A stretch of 64,000 nt of DNA from Lingula anatina (lineage: Eukaryota > Animalia > Brachiopoda). The notes under the pieces were generated by a model. That model was not told the DNA's origin. It saw only the letters and a program-made list of their open reading frames with translations, and did not search any database. Both the position numbers and the translations under genes were made by a program. The DNA is taken from NCBI GenBank assembly GCA_051362555.1, contig CM120649.1:14880001-14944000 (forward strand), given 5' to 3'. How positions within the stretch are numbered: position 1 is the first letter of the stretch; every line of letters starts with the position of its first letter. This document shows, piece after piece, positions 13,119-26,742 of this stretch.

Positions 13119-13420
13119 CTGACTTGTTGAGTGTATCTAGCCAGTAAATCAAGGTGTCTCAAATTCTTCTAACAGCGCAGTTCGAATACCTTTGCGCAGT
13201 AACAACAGTCATCAACTATACTCAGTCACTATATATTAACCATTAAATTGAATCTCAGTGGAACACGTTTCCACATTTTAAACCCGCCCGGATTCTGTGC
13301 CGCCTAAACTGACAGCATCACTTTTTATACCCTGGCCGAGTCCTCGAGGCCTTAAAGGGTCACTGCGTGCACTTGAGGTCACGTGACGCCAGTGAATTCA
13401 GGGGTGCACGTGCCGACTTA
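13119..13420 (-). promoter_or_regulatory. Candidate TATA promoter and non-coding first exon of the acyltransferase gene
   Basis: Minus-strand TATAAAAAG at 13329-13321 and consensus donor CAG|GTAAGT at 13119/13118. Upstream lie GTCACGTGAC (13378-13387), a second CACGTG (13408-13413) and GGGTCA/AGGTCA half-sites. Confidence 0.5.
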
Positions 13421-14210
13421 AACAACAATCATTTCCAAACACAACTCCCCCTTTTGATATCCGCGGGCCAGGACAAAGCGGGATTTATTCTATTAATTAA
13501 TTTTGTTTTGACGTATATTAAAGGTGATGCCAGAGGAGAATTGTTGGCCGGCTAACAAGGTATGAGGCACGTGGAAGATGTGTGTAGTAAACATCAACAA
13601 TTCATTATAGTGGCAGGTTAAGGGCCGCCTATCTGGTAGTCATCAGTTGCGTGACCGGGTTGTGTGCCGTGTCATCGCGTGCCACGGTTACGCCGAGCAG
13701 CCTCCCGGCGTTCATACTTCATGCACCACAGCTTCGGTACCATAACAGAAATAGCACTCGTTACCCCTAGTTTCCTCTGGTACAGAATAGCAAGTTCAGC
13801 GACTCGCATGCAGTGTATTATGCCTTTTTTCCTTTTTTTTTCCGTGTGTTTGTGTGTTTGTGTGGTAGGATAGGCCTATGGGGGGGGGGGGGGGATATGC
13901 TCCGTTTTCTGCTATGCATGTTTTTAGCACAGCACGTTCAACTTATAAACTACAAGTATCTCATATTTTCACTTTCCTTTTCTCTGTTTCAGCAGGATCA
14001 TTTCAATATATCATCACATTACAAATGCACTATGAATGTGACTTTGCGCAACGAACGTAAGTTTAATATTGATCACCTTCAAAAACAACGTAAACATGCA
14101 ACCCTCCACTCCCTCTCTCCTCCCCCTCCCCCCCCCCCCCCTCCCCGAATGATTTCAGCAAAACACCAGATCATGGACAAAATTCAAGACCACATATAGA
14201 GCGTGGAAGA

Positions 14211-14431
14211 CAGCGAAATAACTGGAAAATACTAGTCTTGAAAGTCGACGACATACCTAACAACATCCATTCAATTTTTCACTGTGTCATGTCGTCTGTC
14301 AACAGTGTGTTGAAAAGTTTCAGCGAAATAACTGGAAAATACTGGTCTTGAAAAGCGACGACATACCTAACAACAACCATGCAATCTGTCACTGTGTCAC
14401 GTCGTCTGTCAACAGTGTGTGACAAGTTTCA
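14211..14431. repeat. Tandem duplication of a 110-bp unit (2 copies)
   Basis: CAGCGAAATAACTGGAAAATACT...GTCGTCTGTCAACAGTGTGT starts at 14211 and again at 14321. Confidence 0.85.
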
Positions 14432-17400
14432 GTGACGGTGGCAAGCACCTGCCAAATCTGGTCCGTAAACTTATAATTCCTGCGGACGAATTTCGCGTCG
14501 ACGGACCCGATTTTTGTCCGGTAATTCTAAAAGTGTGTGCTGTATTAACTAATTTAAAAATGAATAGTACACTTTAGACCACGAAACACCTTGCTTTGAC
14601 AATGAAGGAGAAAAGATGAATCGTATGCCGGAAGAATATGAAACCCTGTATCAATCAACCAGCGTTGTGTGAAACATGCCCTATGTCAGGTAAAGTAAGT
14701 AAACATAAACAATTCTCATGAAACTTTGCCTTTTTTGTTCCGTGCATCACATGGACGTCCTGAAAAATCTTCCGACATATGTCTTTCAATTTACACCCTG
14801 TGACGCTGTGACGGGGCAGTCCACGGTTAGAAATTTTCTAGTCAGTGCTAATAAGAATTTTCCGGGTTGAAGACGAAATTTATACGATGAATGTGACAAT
14901 TTGCACGTAGCAAGACTGGTGTTATTTTAGAGGTTTTCAGATAACAATTTGCAGTATGAAAAAATTTATGTTTCTGCGTCGTAATTTAAATCTGTTCGTC
15001 TCGAAAATACTTTAATTACATATGCATCCAAGAACATTGCATGTACAGTGCACGTCAACGCCTTTTTTTTTTGATATGGCATTCGGTTTCTATCGGCCGT
15101 TAGCATTATCGTGGCATTATATAATAATAATAAGAAGAAGAAGAAGAAGAGGAAGAAGAAAGAGAAACTTGACATTGACACATCTGTTTTTTTTTTAATT
15201 CTCGTACGCAAAAATATTATTTTCAATGTTATAAACATTTTAAGCTGTGCATGTACATACAGGGCCAGTTCATGTATCAAACGACACAGAAACGGTAGCT
15301 TTCAGAATACATTAAAGGTCAATCCTTTCAAGGGCGGAGCAAATTCTTTACCTTCATCGTCCCCTCCGCCCTTCCTTCCTTCCTAAAAATCAAAAATGCA
15401 AATTGGCCTCTTGATTACTCTTTTTGGGCTGGCAATTCTTATCTTATGTCTTCGTGTTTACCTATTTAGTGGACGGTGTCCAAATATTCTGGACATGATT
15501 AAGAAAGTGTTTTTGATAGACAACGGGGTCATTTGGTGCATTGCTGGACACCCTTATCTTATATTTATCATCTGTAAGCATTATATCTAGCGCTATCCTT
15601 ATCCCCGGCCCATATCTAATTGTGTGGCCCCGTTATTTTGGTTTTAAAGATGACACATATATCTTGTGTGTCAATAAGGAATGTACTTATAGACATTTAG
15701 ACATTGAAAAATTTAGCGGCGGCAGTCGAAGAAAAAAATCATACTGCCATTGATTTAATTGTTTTGCGCCAACATTATGCGAAGCATTTGGGGCACTCCA
15801 AAACATCTGTTTACTCTCTCCTGATAAAGTTTTATTGTATTTTGTTTTGCTCGTGTCAACAACAATTCTATCCGAACAAGTCATGAACTAAGTATCAAAA
15901 TGAGGCTATGAATAAAATTTCGAGGGTCACTCGGTGCAGACATGACCCATTTTGTCATCTTGGTTTGAGGTGTTGCAAATAAATACACGCCAAATGAATA
16001 GGAAGTGAAAGGCAAAAACTCCCCCTCTTAGCAAACAACGGAGGTCGTGCTCCGATGCAGCCCCCAGGCCATTTCGTACATGCTTGCCGACAAAGAAGCG
16101 CACAGATGCTGATACCCCCTAATTCCGTCGCAGAGTGTTAAAGAAATACGTAAAATTAGGCACTTTAAGGACCAAATGAATTTGAATCGGCACCTAATGT
16201 TACTAAACTGTCTAATTGTGCAGCTGAAATCAACCATTCAACCATGCATTATAAGGACGGACAAATTGCACCCATCTTTTCTGTCCTGGGCGTAAAATTA
16301 ATACTTAATCAGCCTAATGAAAGTGTGAGGAATATATTAGTGGGGTCACTCGGTGCTTTGGTGTGTAGATATGTAGTAGATATGTAGTGTGTTGGCGGGG
16401 GCATCAAAGTAAGCGTGACTGAATGAAATATCATGTGGGAAACCGTTTGTCAATGAACACGGTTCCTCTCCTCATAGACGGGTGCAGTTCGCTTAATCAG
16501 GCGGTTGATTTCATGATTTCTTTTTTGAGGCGAATTTATATTGAGGCTAGGTATGTTAAGTTTTATGTAATTGTAAAAATTTATTACAAAAGTGTCCGAA
16601 TTCCGGCCTTAGTTAAATGTGATGTTTATATGCACTTAGTGTCCAGGATGTTTACGAAACCGTTCCGAGACATTGGGTCGACTGGACTTAGTAAACAAAA
16701 TAAAAACAATAGTAATGTCCACGTTGTAAGCTTGACCCCGCCTGTTACTACACGCTTAGTAGAGACGTAAAGGAATGAACACATATATATCTATTTTTTA
16801 AATTATGATGATTAAACATATATATATTTCTTACTTTAAATATTAATAATAACCAAATTTGACTACTTCTTTGATCTTACTTTTAATATTAATATTAATA
16901 ATAATCTAATTTGAACACTGCTTTGATCACAAATTATGCATATTCTCATATACTTTATTAAAAGAACGTATCGAGGATAGATTTACGAGGGTTGGATTTA
17001 TTTTCATTATTTTTTTTTATTTTATCACTGGTTTCAAAATACGTACGTTCGAAAAACTGACAAAATGTGGTCGAATCAAAACCTACTTGGAATAGCTATC
17101 TTTTTGGTATTAAGTCATTGCTGATGTAACATCATCGTCATCATCAGTATATGGTACTGATTTTGTTTAAAAATACTTTGGCATAAAAAGGATATAATAT
17201 GAATTTCAAAACATAAGAAAAACAGCTGTCGCTTATCTAACATTTTGTGAAAAAATTTTCACGTTTTTTATTTTTCACTTCAGCTTCAGGTCACAGAGTT
17301 CGAGACTATTGGTGTCGCCAACTATTGTGTTTATGAACATATTGAATGATTCAGCGACTGCTTTCGAAATAATAATAAAAAATCCCATGGCCATTAATTT

Positions 17401-17537
17401 CATTGTTTTGAACTAATACAATGCAAAACATTTGGGGCATGGAAATATAGGGCACTTAGAGCATGGGGCGAAATAGTTTAATTGGTTTGTGGTCAACCAG
17501 TTTGTGGTGTGAGAGAAGAGGTTGATATTAAGTATCT

Positions 17538-17575
<38 letters not shown>

Positions 17576-17658
17576 GAAAATTCCACTGACTAATCTCTTG
17601 TATTTATCTGTCTTGTACATTTATAAAAAATGAAATCGTATTCATATCGGAACAGTTA

Positions 17659-17807
17659 CAGGCCGTAGCCAGGGGGGTTCGGGGGGTTCGAAAGAACCAC
17701 CCCCCTTTTTGCTGGGAAAAAGTCCATTCTGGGTAAAATTTTATCTAGGTGCACGGACGTTTCATGGCAAAAGAACCCCCCTTTTGAAATTGCTGGCTAC
17801 GGGCCTG
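17659..17807. mobile_element. MITE with CAGG termini and 5-bp TSD (hAT5-like)
   Basis: TIR CAGGCCGTAGCCAG / CTGGCTACGGGCCTG, flanked by AGTTA on both sides. Confidence 0.8.
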
Positions 17808-19477
17808 AGTTATTTTTAAGACAGTTTGTGAACAAAACAAACGGCATTGAGATGCAGCGTACAGTAGGCTATCTTAATCCTTCTCATGCGGCGCACTCCG
17901 ATAGTTTTGACGTTTAACAGCTTTATACCAAGGCTATATTAATGTAATTCAGAGCACGATCAAATATAATTTATCAAATTCTTTTTTTATAAATTATTTT
18001 CAAACTGATGACTTGGCCTCAATGCCTTTAATCATAAAGATGACTTAAATTTCATCTTTAAAATATTTCAATATTGCTGTTTCTTTTATCTTCACTATGT
18101 GACTTACATGTATTGCTGAATGTTTCAAAAAACGTAAAAACAGGTTGCGTTTTTCTCAGATGTTATTAAGTGCATTAAATTCTTGATCGGTGTGTCACGC
18201 ACAGTAATATCTGGTTTTACCATCAGTAGTACACTAAGTGTTATTGTACATTATTCCATTAGTTTTCCCGTGTTATTCATTCATTCTGATTGATTTTCCA
18301 AACACTCAATTTACTGTAATGACGTGAGCTTTGTGTTTGGGATAGCACTAGCCATATGGGGTTGTGTATTTTTTTCGGAACAGATTTCCTTAAAAAGGAC
18401 AGTCGTGATCGCTATATGACATGCTTTCGTCCATGCATTCACCGAATGGGATGATCTTGCTTTAATAAGACGGTGGAGGAAGAGAGTGTATTCTGCCAGT
18501 GATAAAAACAAAAAGTACGAATAGTATTAACTCATAGGGAAATCATGCACTATCGCCTCCAATAAATTTCGACAAAAAGCTTTAATCAACAGGCTACAAA
18601 GTACACGAATCAACTTCAATACATACTTAAGGCGACGTGGAAGATAAAATTTAAATTTTCATGTTTTTACCCTCAAAAAATAAAGTTTAATTATTAGATA
18701 AATAATATTCTAGAATTAATATGCCAGGAAGTCTACCATAGTGTCACTGCCTTCTCAATATAGTCTTCTGTATGTTGATAAAATAACTAAATATAAATAA
18801 CCTCGACCACAGCCAGGAAGTTGGCATATTTGTCGTTTCCCGGCGCCAGGCGCACAAAGTAGTGCTGTATTTCGAGATCCTCGACGCGAAAAAAAAGGCG
18901 ACGCAGTTTAAATGAGTTCGATTCACAAAGATTGTTCAATCAACGCAGAAGTGAGAGTTATAAAAGAATCACCAGAAAGGCCATGATTTCACATAAATCT
19001 TAAGACATCACATAATTGCATTACAGTAGCAAACATTTTTATCCTCCAAAAAATAAATAAAAATATAAAATAATGAAAAAGTATTTAATACGTAGTAGGC
19101 AATCATCTAGGGAGAGAGACATGGCGTCTGGAGAAAGTTCTCAGTAAGTTATATACAGAGATCACGCTACTGGTATGGGAATTCAACTCGTTATTGTGTA
19201 TATACCAAATCTATTTAACCTTTTCGCTGAAAAAAGCAGGGAAAAGCAGCACAGCTATAATATGACGCGGTTAGGTTTCTTGGCACACGCACTGGGGTTC
19301 ACCATGAATCGGTGTGTAGCCCAGCTGAAAGAAATTATTCTATTGTACTTCTATTGTACTTGCGCTATTTTCATGTCTTGAGTTGCCGTGTTTAGAAGGG
19401 AGCGTAATTTGAAGCAGACACGAGAATCACGATCGAGGATGCACTGTACAATGGAAATATTGAAATATTTACGCGGC

Positions 19478-19530
<53 letters not shown>

Positions 19531-19878
19531 TGGGGGGGGGGGGAGGACGGAGGAAGAGAGAAGCAGGGAGGGATGTTAAGAGGGAGAGGGGGAGAGACGT
19601 AGTAATCTGAACATTCTCATAAACCAATTTTGTTCACAAAAGTGACAACCCAAACTTTTTAATATCCCGTGCCCCCTTTGAATTTTACAGCGCTGATTCT
19701 TGTTGAACCCCACCTGATGTTGTTGTAGCGTATCTGACTCCGCTCTATATCAATAGAAAAGCCTTTGCTTCGAACCCTTACCATGACATACACAAGTAGA
19801 ATCTGCCTTTAAACAACAAGGAATATAACATCGCTACCCAAGACTACAAGGATTAGAAATAAACAAAAATGATCTTAC

Positions 19879-20030
19879 CGCACACACTAATTCTCTTCGT
19901 CACGTAGACAAAGCTCCTCAACGCCAGTTTCACTCCAGTATCCATATAGCAACCAAAGGCCTTCATTTCTCGCGCTTAAAATCCACCTCAAGTATTCAAG
20001 ATAGTCTCAAATGCACATTTTTTATAGGCA
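19879..20030 (-). promoter_or_regulatory. Second candidate TATA promoter and non-coding first exon (minus strand)
   Basis: Minus-strand TATAAAAAA at 20026-20018 and donor CG|GTAAGA at 19879/19878. Confidence 0.35.
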
Positions 20031-23000
20031 GTAGGTTAAGTGGTACGTATTGTTATGTTGTCTACCCTAGCTATGGAATTTCTGTCAACTCTTACCAGCA
20101 AGGTGAGAATGAGGGAGTCCAAACAGAATCTGATATATATAACGCCCCCCTTTTTTTTACCCAGGCAGAAAACTCAACAAGCGGGCAACATTACAAAAAA
20201 GAGCATTATTTGCACGCACCGCATAGCATTACATGACCTTTTCGCCACAGATATATCAATATGGAAAAAGGCCTTTTAAAAAAAGTATTTACCTATAGCG
20301 CATAATATGACACAGCTTCCAAAAAAATAAAGGAAAGAAGTTTCACTCCAATGCCCCAAGTGGCAGCAAGATTAGAAGTACTTAAAGAAACTTCTAAGTA
20401 AAGAGAAATCAGCATTGGAGGGGTTGATGGGGGGGGGGGGGGGGGAGAGAGGGATGTCAATGTACCGTAATTAACCGTGTCGCAAAAGCTGCGTCTTTAA
20501 AAATGATGACTAGAGCAATTAAAAAGTGAACAACATTCTTTCAGAAATATTTACATGCAAATAATAACATTACAGGGTATTACACTGCAGTAGAGAAGTG
20601 AATAGACGTTAATTGCATGGAAACTAGGCTAAATTTGTATACGAACGGTGTAAGTGCGTGGTTTTCACACATCAAATCACATGACGATCGAAAAAAGGGG
20701 AAGGATTCACAAAATGATTTTAGCCCGAAAATTGGTCTAAGCTTACAGACTAATATTATATATTATTCTACTTCAAGGTAAATCAATTAAATGAGCTGTT
20801 GCGCCTGTTGTATTATAAGAAAGATATGACTAAAGTGTTCATACTTAATCTATTTAATTGGGTTAATTTAACCTGCATTGATTCATTGAAGTAGATAGAA
20901 GTTTTGGTCTTAAAGTTTAGACCAATTTTCGGACCAGGGCCCTTGCCATCATAAAACTGCACGAAAAAAATCCTTTCATAAAGGTATTCGTACGCATGGC
21001 GTAATATGTCAAAATAATAAACTTTGATGGTCATATAAGTTTTCAGAATGCTTTTGATGTAGTCCTTGGACCTCAAACGAGTCCTAAAATAAGTCAAATA
21101 ACTTTCGTGATAATTGCTCGTATGCTTTACGTAGCATTTATAAACGCATACTGTAGAAGACACGTGCGAGCCCGGCTAGTTACCAGTGAGTGTGAACTAG
21201 TCAAATAGACGTTTTGTAAATCTCTAAAAAACCTGGATTTCCCACAATTACCCCTTTTTAATCAATGTCACTAGGTGGCCCAATTAGGATCTCAAAAATA
21301 TTTCTAGTCTAACACTTACACATACCCGTTGCAAAATACGCAATGCATTAGCACCATTTAGCATATTTGTAATATGTATAAAAAGGAAAATCGTACTGTT
21401 CAAAAACACAAGAATAAGAGGTGTCAAGTCAGTGTTGGGGAAAACCAGAAGAACTCCTTGAAGAGGCCAATTTGATTGCAACTTTCACAATGATGCACGA
21501 GAATGCATATTCTACATTTCAAACACCTGTCGCTTCAGGATCGCCGTCTACAAATCACGGCCGATCCGATGAAAAAAAACCCTTCCTGTATAAATACAAA
21601 ATCGATAACAGGCATAATATCACCAATATCCAATGATCATTGAACGGTCATTTGCGGAACAAAAACACGGAAGACGGACACTAGAACAAGGCAAGCTGCG
21701 GCAACATTTGCAGGTGGTAGATTACGTCATCAATTTTCAAAGTTACATCATCAACTTTCAAAATGGCCGTCACCCGAACCGTGCATTCTCCCCTTGTATG
21801 CAGTCAATAACCCCGCGGTCACTAAGTTATATTATTACACGTGCACTTTCAATTACACAGACTTTCCCAGGCTCACGTGTATTAGACTATATAGTGACAG
21901 TGTTGCCGTTTCTATTCATTCATGATTTTTTCCTGCATATTTGAACTCCCCCCCCCACCTTCGTTTTTAAGTCTTATTCTATTCTTGTAACAACATTATT
22001 AACAGTAGAATCTATATCTGTTCACTTGAAGGAGTTCTGCAGGTGGTGTCTTATGTAATGGAAGGGGAGACGCTTCCAATGGGTTTATAATATCAAATAA
22101 ATCCCTGTATCCATGGTCCAAGACTTATCGTTTTTATCAAATTTCTAAAAAAAGATAAAAACAACCTCATTCTTGCAAAAAGAATTACCTAAAATATAAA
22201 AGGAACATAACAAATTAAAAATAGACCTGTCATTGCATGCTGCAAACTTTATAATGCCATAATAAAGGTATTAAAATATTATAATCATTCTATTTTGAAC
22301 AACACAATGTAAATTCCTTTTATTTATATTCCAACTTGCTATATTTATACATAGGGATAATGATTAAAGAAATATTACTTCCTCAAAACTCATGACACCG
22401 AAACGTCGAAAACAAGTTATTATACCATTTAGATGACAAATGTCTTTATTGCTGTCTTTTCCAGCCAAGGTCAGAGCGCACTTTTTGAACTGACAAATAG
22501 TGCATCTACTTTTCTGCGTCTCAACGTTTACAACGCAGATACCTTCTTGTTGTTGTGATACCTGAGAGCTTAAAAATAATCCCATGTCCTGTACTTAAAC
22601 GTGATAAACGTGCGTCCTTTTAACATCTGTTAAAAACTGAATCATTTATACATGCAGTTATAATACAAATAGGTCATAGGGCGCGTTTACATATAAGTAA
22701 GGTCGACTCTTTACGTGATTTTCCCGCAAAACGCTAGACTCAAAGAAATACAGGCGAGCCGCGACAGATCTATTGTCTATAGTTATCTACTCTCTGAAAA
22801 ATTGGCTCTTAAAAGTGTTGAATCGACTCTTCGTCAATTCTATATAAAATACTAAAGATCCTGCGATACCAGGGTCTAAATAGTTATCCTACCTTCTTAG
22901 ACGGCTATTAGACGGCTAGAGGAGGGCAGTCAGTTTCAAAAGGCTCGATCCACACGACGTTGTTTTTTCTAAGGCTTGCGCAGTTTCACGTTCTTAATGT

Positions 23001-24144
23001 TTGTCCTCGCCGGTTGTCTTCAGGGTTTTCATGCATAACACCCCAAGGGGCAGTGGTAATTCAAAATAAACTACCCCCTTTTTCTTTTGCACTTTTATTC
23101 TGCTGAAGCATCGACATGTTTTTTTATGTTTTTGCACGAAGATCGTACTTGGAGGTTCAGGCTTATCACACGTAGATAAAACTGACGAAAACATGGGATT
23201 AGCTAAACAAACGCGATATAAAGAACACGTAAAACACATCATATCTTGCCCTATCATAAGCCATTTAGTCCTTATCTTTGTTTAACTCTGACGGATTAAA
23301 AGAGATGATAAATCCAAACGCTCCGCCTTAGAGATAGGAAATCTCTTTTATTGTGTACAGCAATTAAACTTTGAGTCGCGTTCATTTTTGGACGTTTCTT
23401 TAGAAGGTGGCGGGGTCTCCCAGTGAGTTAAAAACGATAATGTCGCTGTAATAAATTTAATCTATGATGCGTTTACATTTTGAGAGCCTCTCGAACAGGG
23501 GTTTGGGCGTTGTAATAGTAGATGTTTTAAAATATCTGCTTTTTAAAAATCAGTTTTCAAGTTTTGGTTTTAATCACTTAGCCCCACCTTGTAGCAAAAT
23601 AAAGGATTTTTATTATGCTTTGTGAAACATGCTTGAAGGGCTAAATACATCACATGTGCCGTCACTAGATGTTCATCAACTTATGAGCGATTTCAACTGT
23701 GACACAGAAATTTTTCTTTTTTTTTTTTCATGCGTGCAATCGTCGGCAGGTTATTTGTAGGGCCTGAATTTGGAGAACATTATCTTAATGTTTTGAAAAT
23801 GATAAAATGATTAACACACACACACACACACACGCACGCACGCACGCATACACACACACACACACACACCCACCCACACAAGTAGCCTTCATCCCTCTTG
23901 CGCGGAGAGGTCTCAACAAGCGGGTAGCCCTATGAGATGAGAGGAAATGGCGGGGTGCAATATTTACCCATTCAAACGGCGCCGATGCGTCTCCGGCGAC
24001 CGCGAGAACATTTTAAAAGGTTCATGTTTGCTTTCTCGTTGAAAAATGATTTCCTTATCTAATACACCTGTCATAGGCCACGATAAATGAGCCCCCGGCC
24101 TCTCATCGCGACTCCAGAAAGTTTGTAAAGCTTCATTCTATGAA

Positions 24145-24366
24145 TACCATCGGTCTATGCGGATCGAGCCAACTCTGCGGGGACTCTCGCTGACTGCAAT
24201 CAGCTTAACTGAATGACACGTTTTCTCTTGTTTCTAACGCACTTGTATAATCATCAGTCATTTTTGTATTCTACTGAACGACAAGAGGAGGCACGTCAAC
24301 CTATCAATCTGATTGCATTCAGCGAAAGTCCCGCGAAGTTGGATCGACATACGTAGACCGATAGTA
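24145..24366. mobile_element. Degenerate MITE with about 58-bp imperfect terminal inverted repeats
   Basis: TACCATCGGTCTATGCGGATCGAGCCAACT...CGCTGACTGCAATCAG is inverted against CTGATTGCATTCAGCG...AGTTGGATCGACATACGTAGACCGATAGTA. TSD not resolved. Confidence 0.6.
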
Positions 24367-26742
24367 CCTATGGGAACGGGGCCTTAGTTGCTGATCACCT
24401 AGTTTTATAAGGCCTTGAAAAGATATTTTCTTCGTTCACGGGCACCTGAACATAATTGTCCTTGAGAAAGATAAAGAAATCATTGCTTTCAAGATAAAAT
24501 ATGCATCCCCTAAAAAAAAAAGAAGTACAGAAAGATGTACAGTCTACGATCTGAAATTTTGGGGTCAACTGTTGTGCTTTTGAAATACAGTATTTTATTG
24601 GTTTCAACCATTTTGTTTAGAAAAAAATTATGATTTATCGACATTTAAAAACCATTATCTGCCTACACGCTAATTGAATCATTTTTTCCTATCACTGCAA
24701 TTGCACGATTTCTAATATCTGTCGGAATATTAATGTTCTGTGGGGTGGGGGGTGGGGGGTGGGGTGCGTTTTCTTTTTTTACATTCAAAATTTGTTTCCA
24801 CGAATGTAATGCAAAAGAGCTATATTTTACTCCTCCCCCCCCCCACCCCGAGAGCCACCTCTTTCCACTCTCCATCCCCCCCCCCCTTCCCCCGTGTAGA
24901 CAATCTACGGTACTCCTTCCAATATGTTGTTTTGCTTTTTTTATCCTTTTGAAGCGAACACCTTACTGCATCTTAGTGCATGAAACATACAGCGGATGAT
25001 AACACGTGACCTGATAAACCTTTCACCAGGAGCCAAGATGCCATAGGCTCATGATGTATGTCATAACAATAACAGAGTGCTGGTGCACTGACTTACCTTT
25101 TTTGTACTCTGTTGTACTTTCTTGTACTTTTTTCTCTGGACTATTTCAAAATTTTCTTCTTTTTTATATTCTCCGAGAATTACAAGGCGACTGGATAAAG
25201 CCCTTCTCTCGCGTTTGAAACCGTTGTCTTGTGGTCTGTGTTCAGCGCGTGTGACCCCCCCTGGCTTGGTATCCGCTGGGGAGATGTAAAATGTGCTTGT
25301 CACTATTAGCTTTTATCTTTTATCTTAAGACATTTTAGTTCATTGATTTCATATGCTTTTATATTTTTTTCCTTTTAGGAAATAGTTTATGCTCAATGCC
25401 AATAATTCCGGTCGTTCTTGATTTTCTGCTCACCGTCTTAAGTATAAATTTCCCTCGTCGTTTTCACCTTACAGGCAAACTGTTATTGATAAAATATGTT
25501 TATCCCTATTCTACAGGAATTGCCTCACAGGGTTGGCTCACTTTTAAACCGGGAAGTTTTTTTCATCCAAATTGCCAATTAGATGTCTTGGATGAACTCT
25601 CCAGAACATGACACTTTTCATCCTTTCATTTCATGCACGAAATTTCTTACCCCTTGATTAATTCCTCTTATATGACACGCATCACATTTCACGTCTGAAC
25701 CCACGGTCGCTCACGAGTGCTGTAAATACACCTAAGTCCATAGAATCCTATAGTGTTCTTAAGTCGTACGACGTAAAGACCAAGCCATGCTAGATAGTGT
25801 CATTCGATGCCAGTCCCAAGATTTCCGTACAATTACCATATGGCATGCGAAACAACTGATATTTAATACGCATTTAAGCTTTAATATTTCCCCGATCATA
25901 TCACATCACATCACGCAACAGCAGTGGTCTCAGAACTGTAACTTCAGTACAGGTAGCCATGCAGGAACATGCGCGTGTCTGATATTAAGTGTAGTATCAA
26001 TGGATTCAGACGGTCATCGGCGCGTCACACATCAGCAAACACATCAGCAGGTATCCACTGGATGTTATTACAACCCGGCGTGACTCGCTCGAAACAATTA
26101 ACGCCAAAGCCAAGGCATGCCGTCCACAGAAAAACGTCCCCTTTATGACGCAACAGTGCGTTAAATGCACTCAATGACCCCTTTGGTGTACTGCGCGAAG
26201 TCGGATCTCGAGCTACATGTAGCGCCTGTGACAAGACTCGACCTCTAGATAGGTCACAGGAGATCGACAGAGTTTGTTGCATGCAGGTTTTGTTTATAGT
26301 GTGTTGCTATGGCAATCTTAGTAAACCGGGGTTAAATATGCCCAGCTGGATACACATACCTTGTTTGGCGGGTTTGTTTGAATTCGGATCATTTTTATTT
26401 TGATGAATATATCCCATGGCACTTTTTATGTTTTGTTGTTGAAAAATATAGAGAGAGGACAATGGGAACTAAGTTTGTTTTACGGAGGTCGTAATACCAT
26501 CAGGGTAGAAATCAATTTTGCAAACTATTTTCTTTTCTTTAAGATTTCGATTCATCATTTCAACCTCTCACTTTGGTCAGTTGAAACAGATTTTGTGAAA
26601 ATAGTCTTTGATCACAACACAACGGGACATAAAATGAAAACAAACAAGTTAAACACCAGAAAGAAAATATACAAGTGTCTTGGACTGTTTTTCTATAACC
26701 TGAAAACAAAATGGGAAGTAATGATAAAATGTCGCACAAAAG

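Noticed and set aside
6000-26700. Numerous 60-140 aa ORFs
   Set aside because: No recognisable domains, low-complexity composition and no consistent exon chain. Small real exons cannot be fully excluded.
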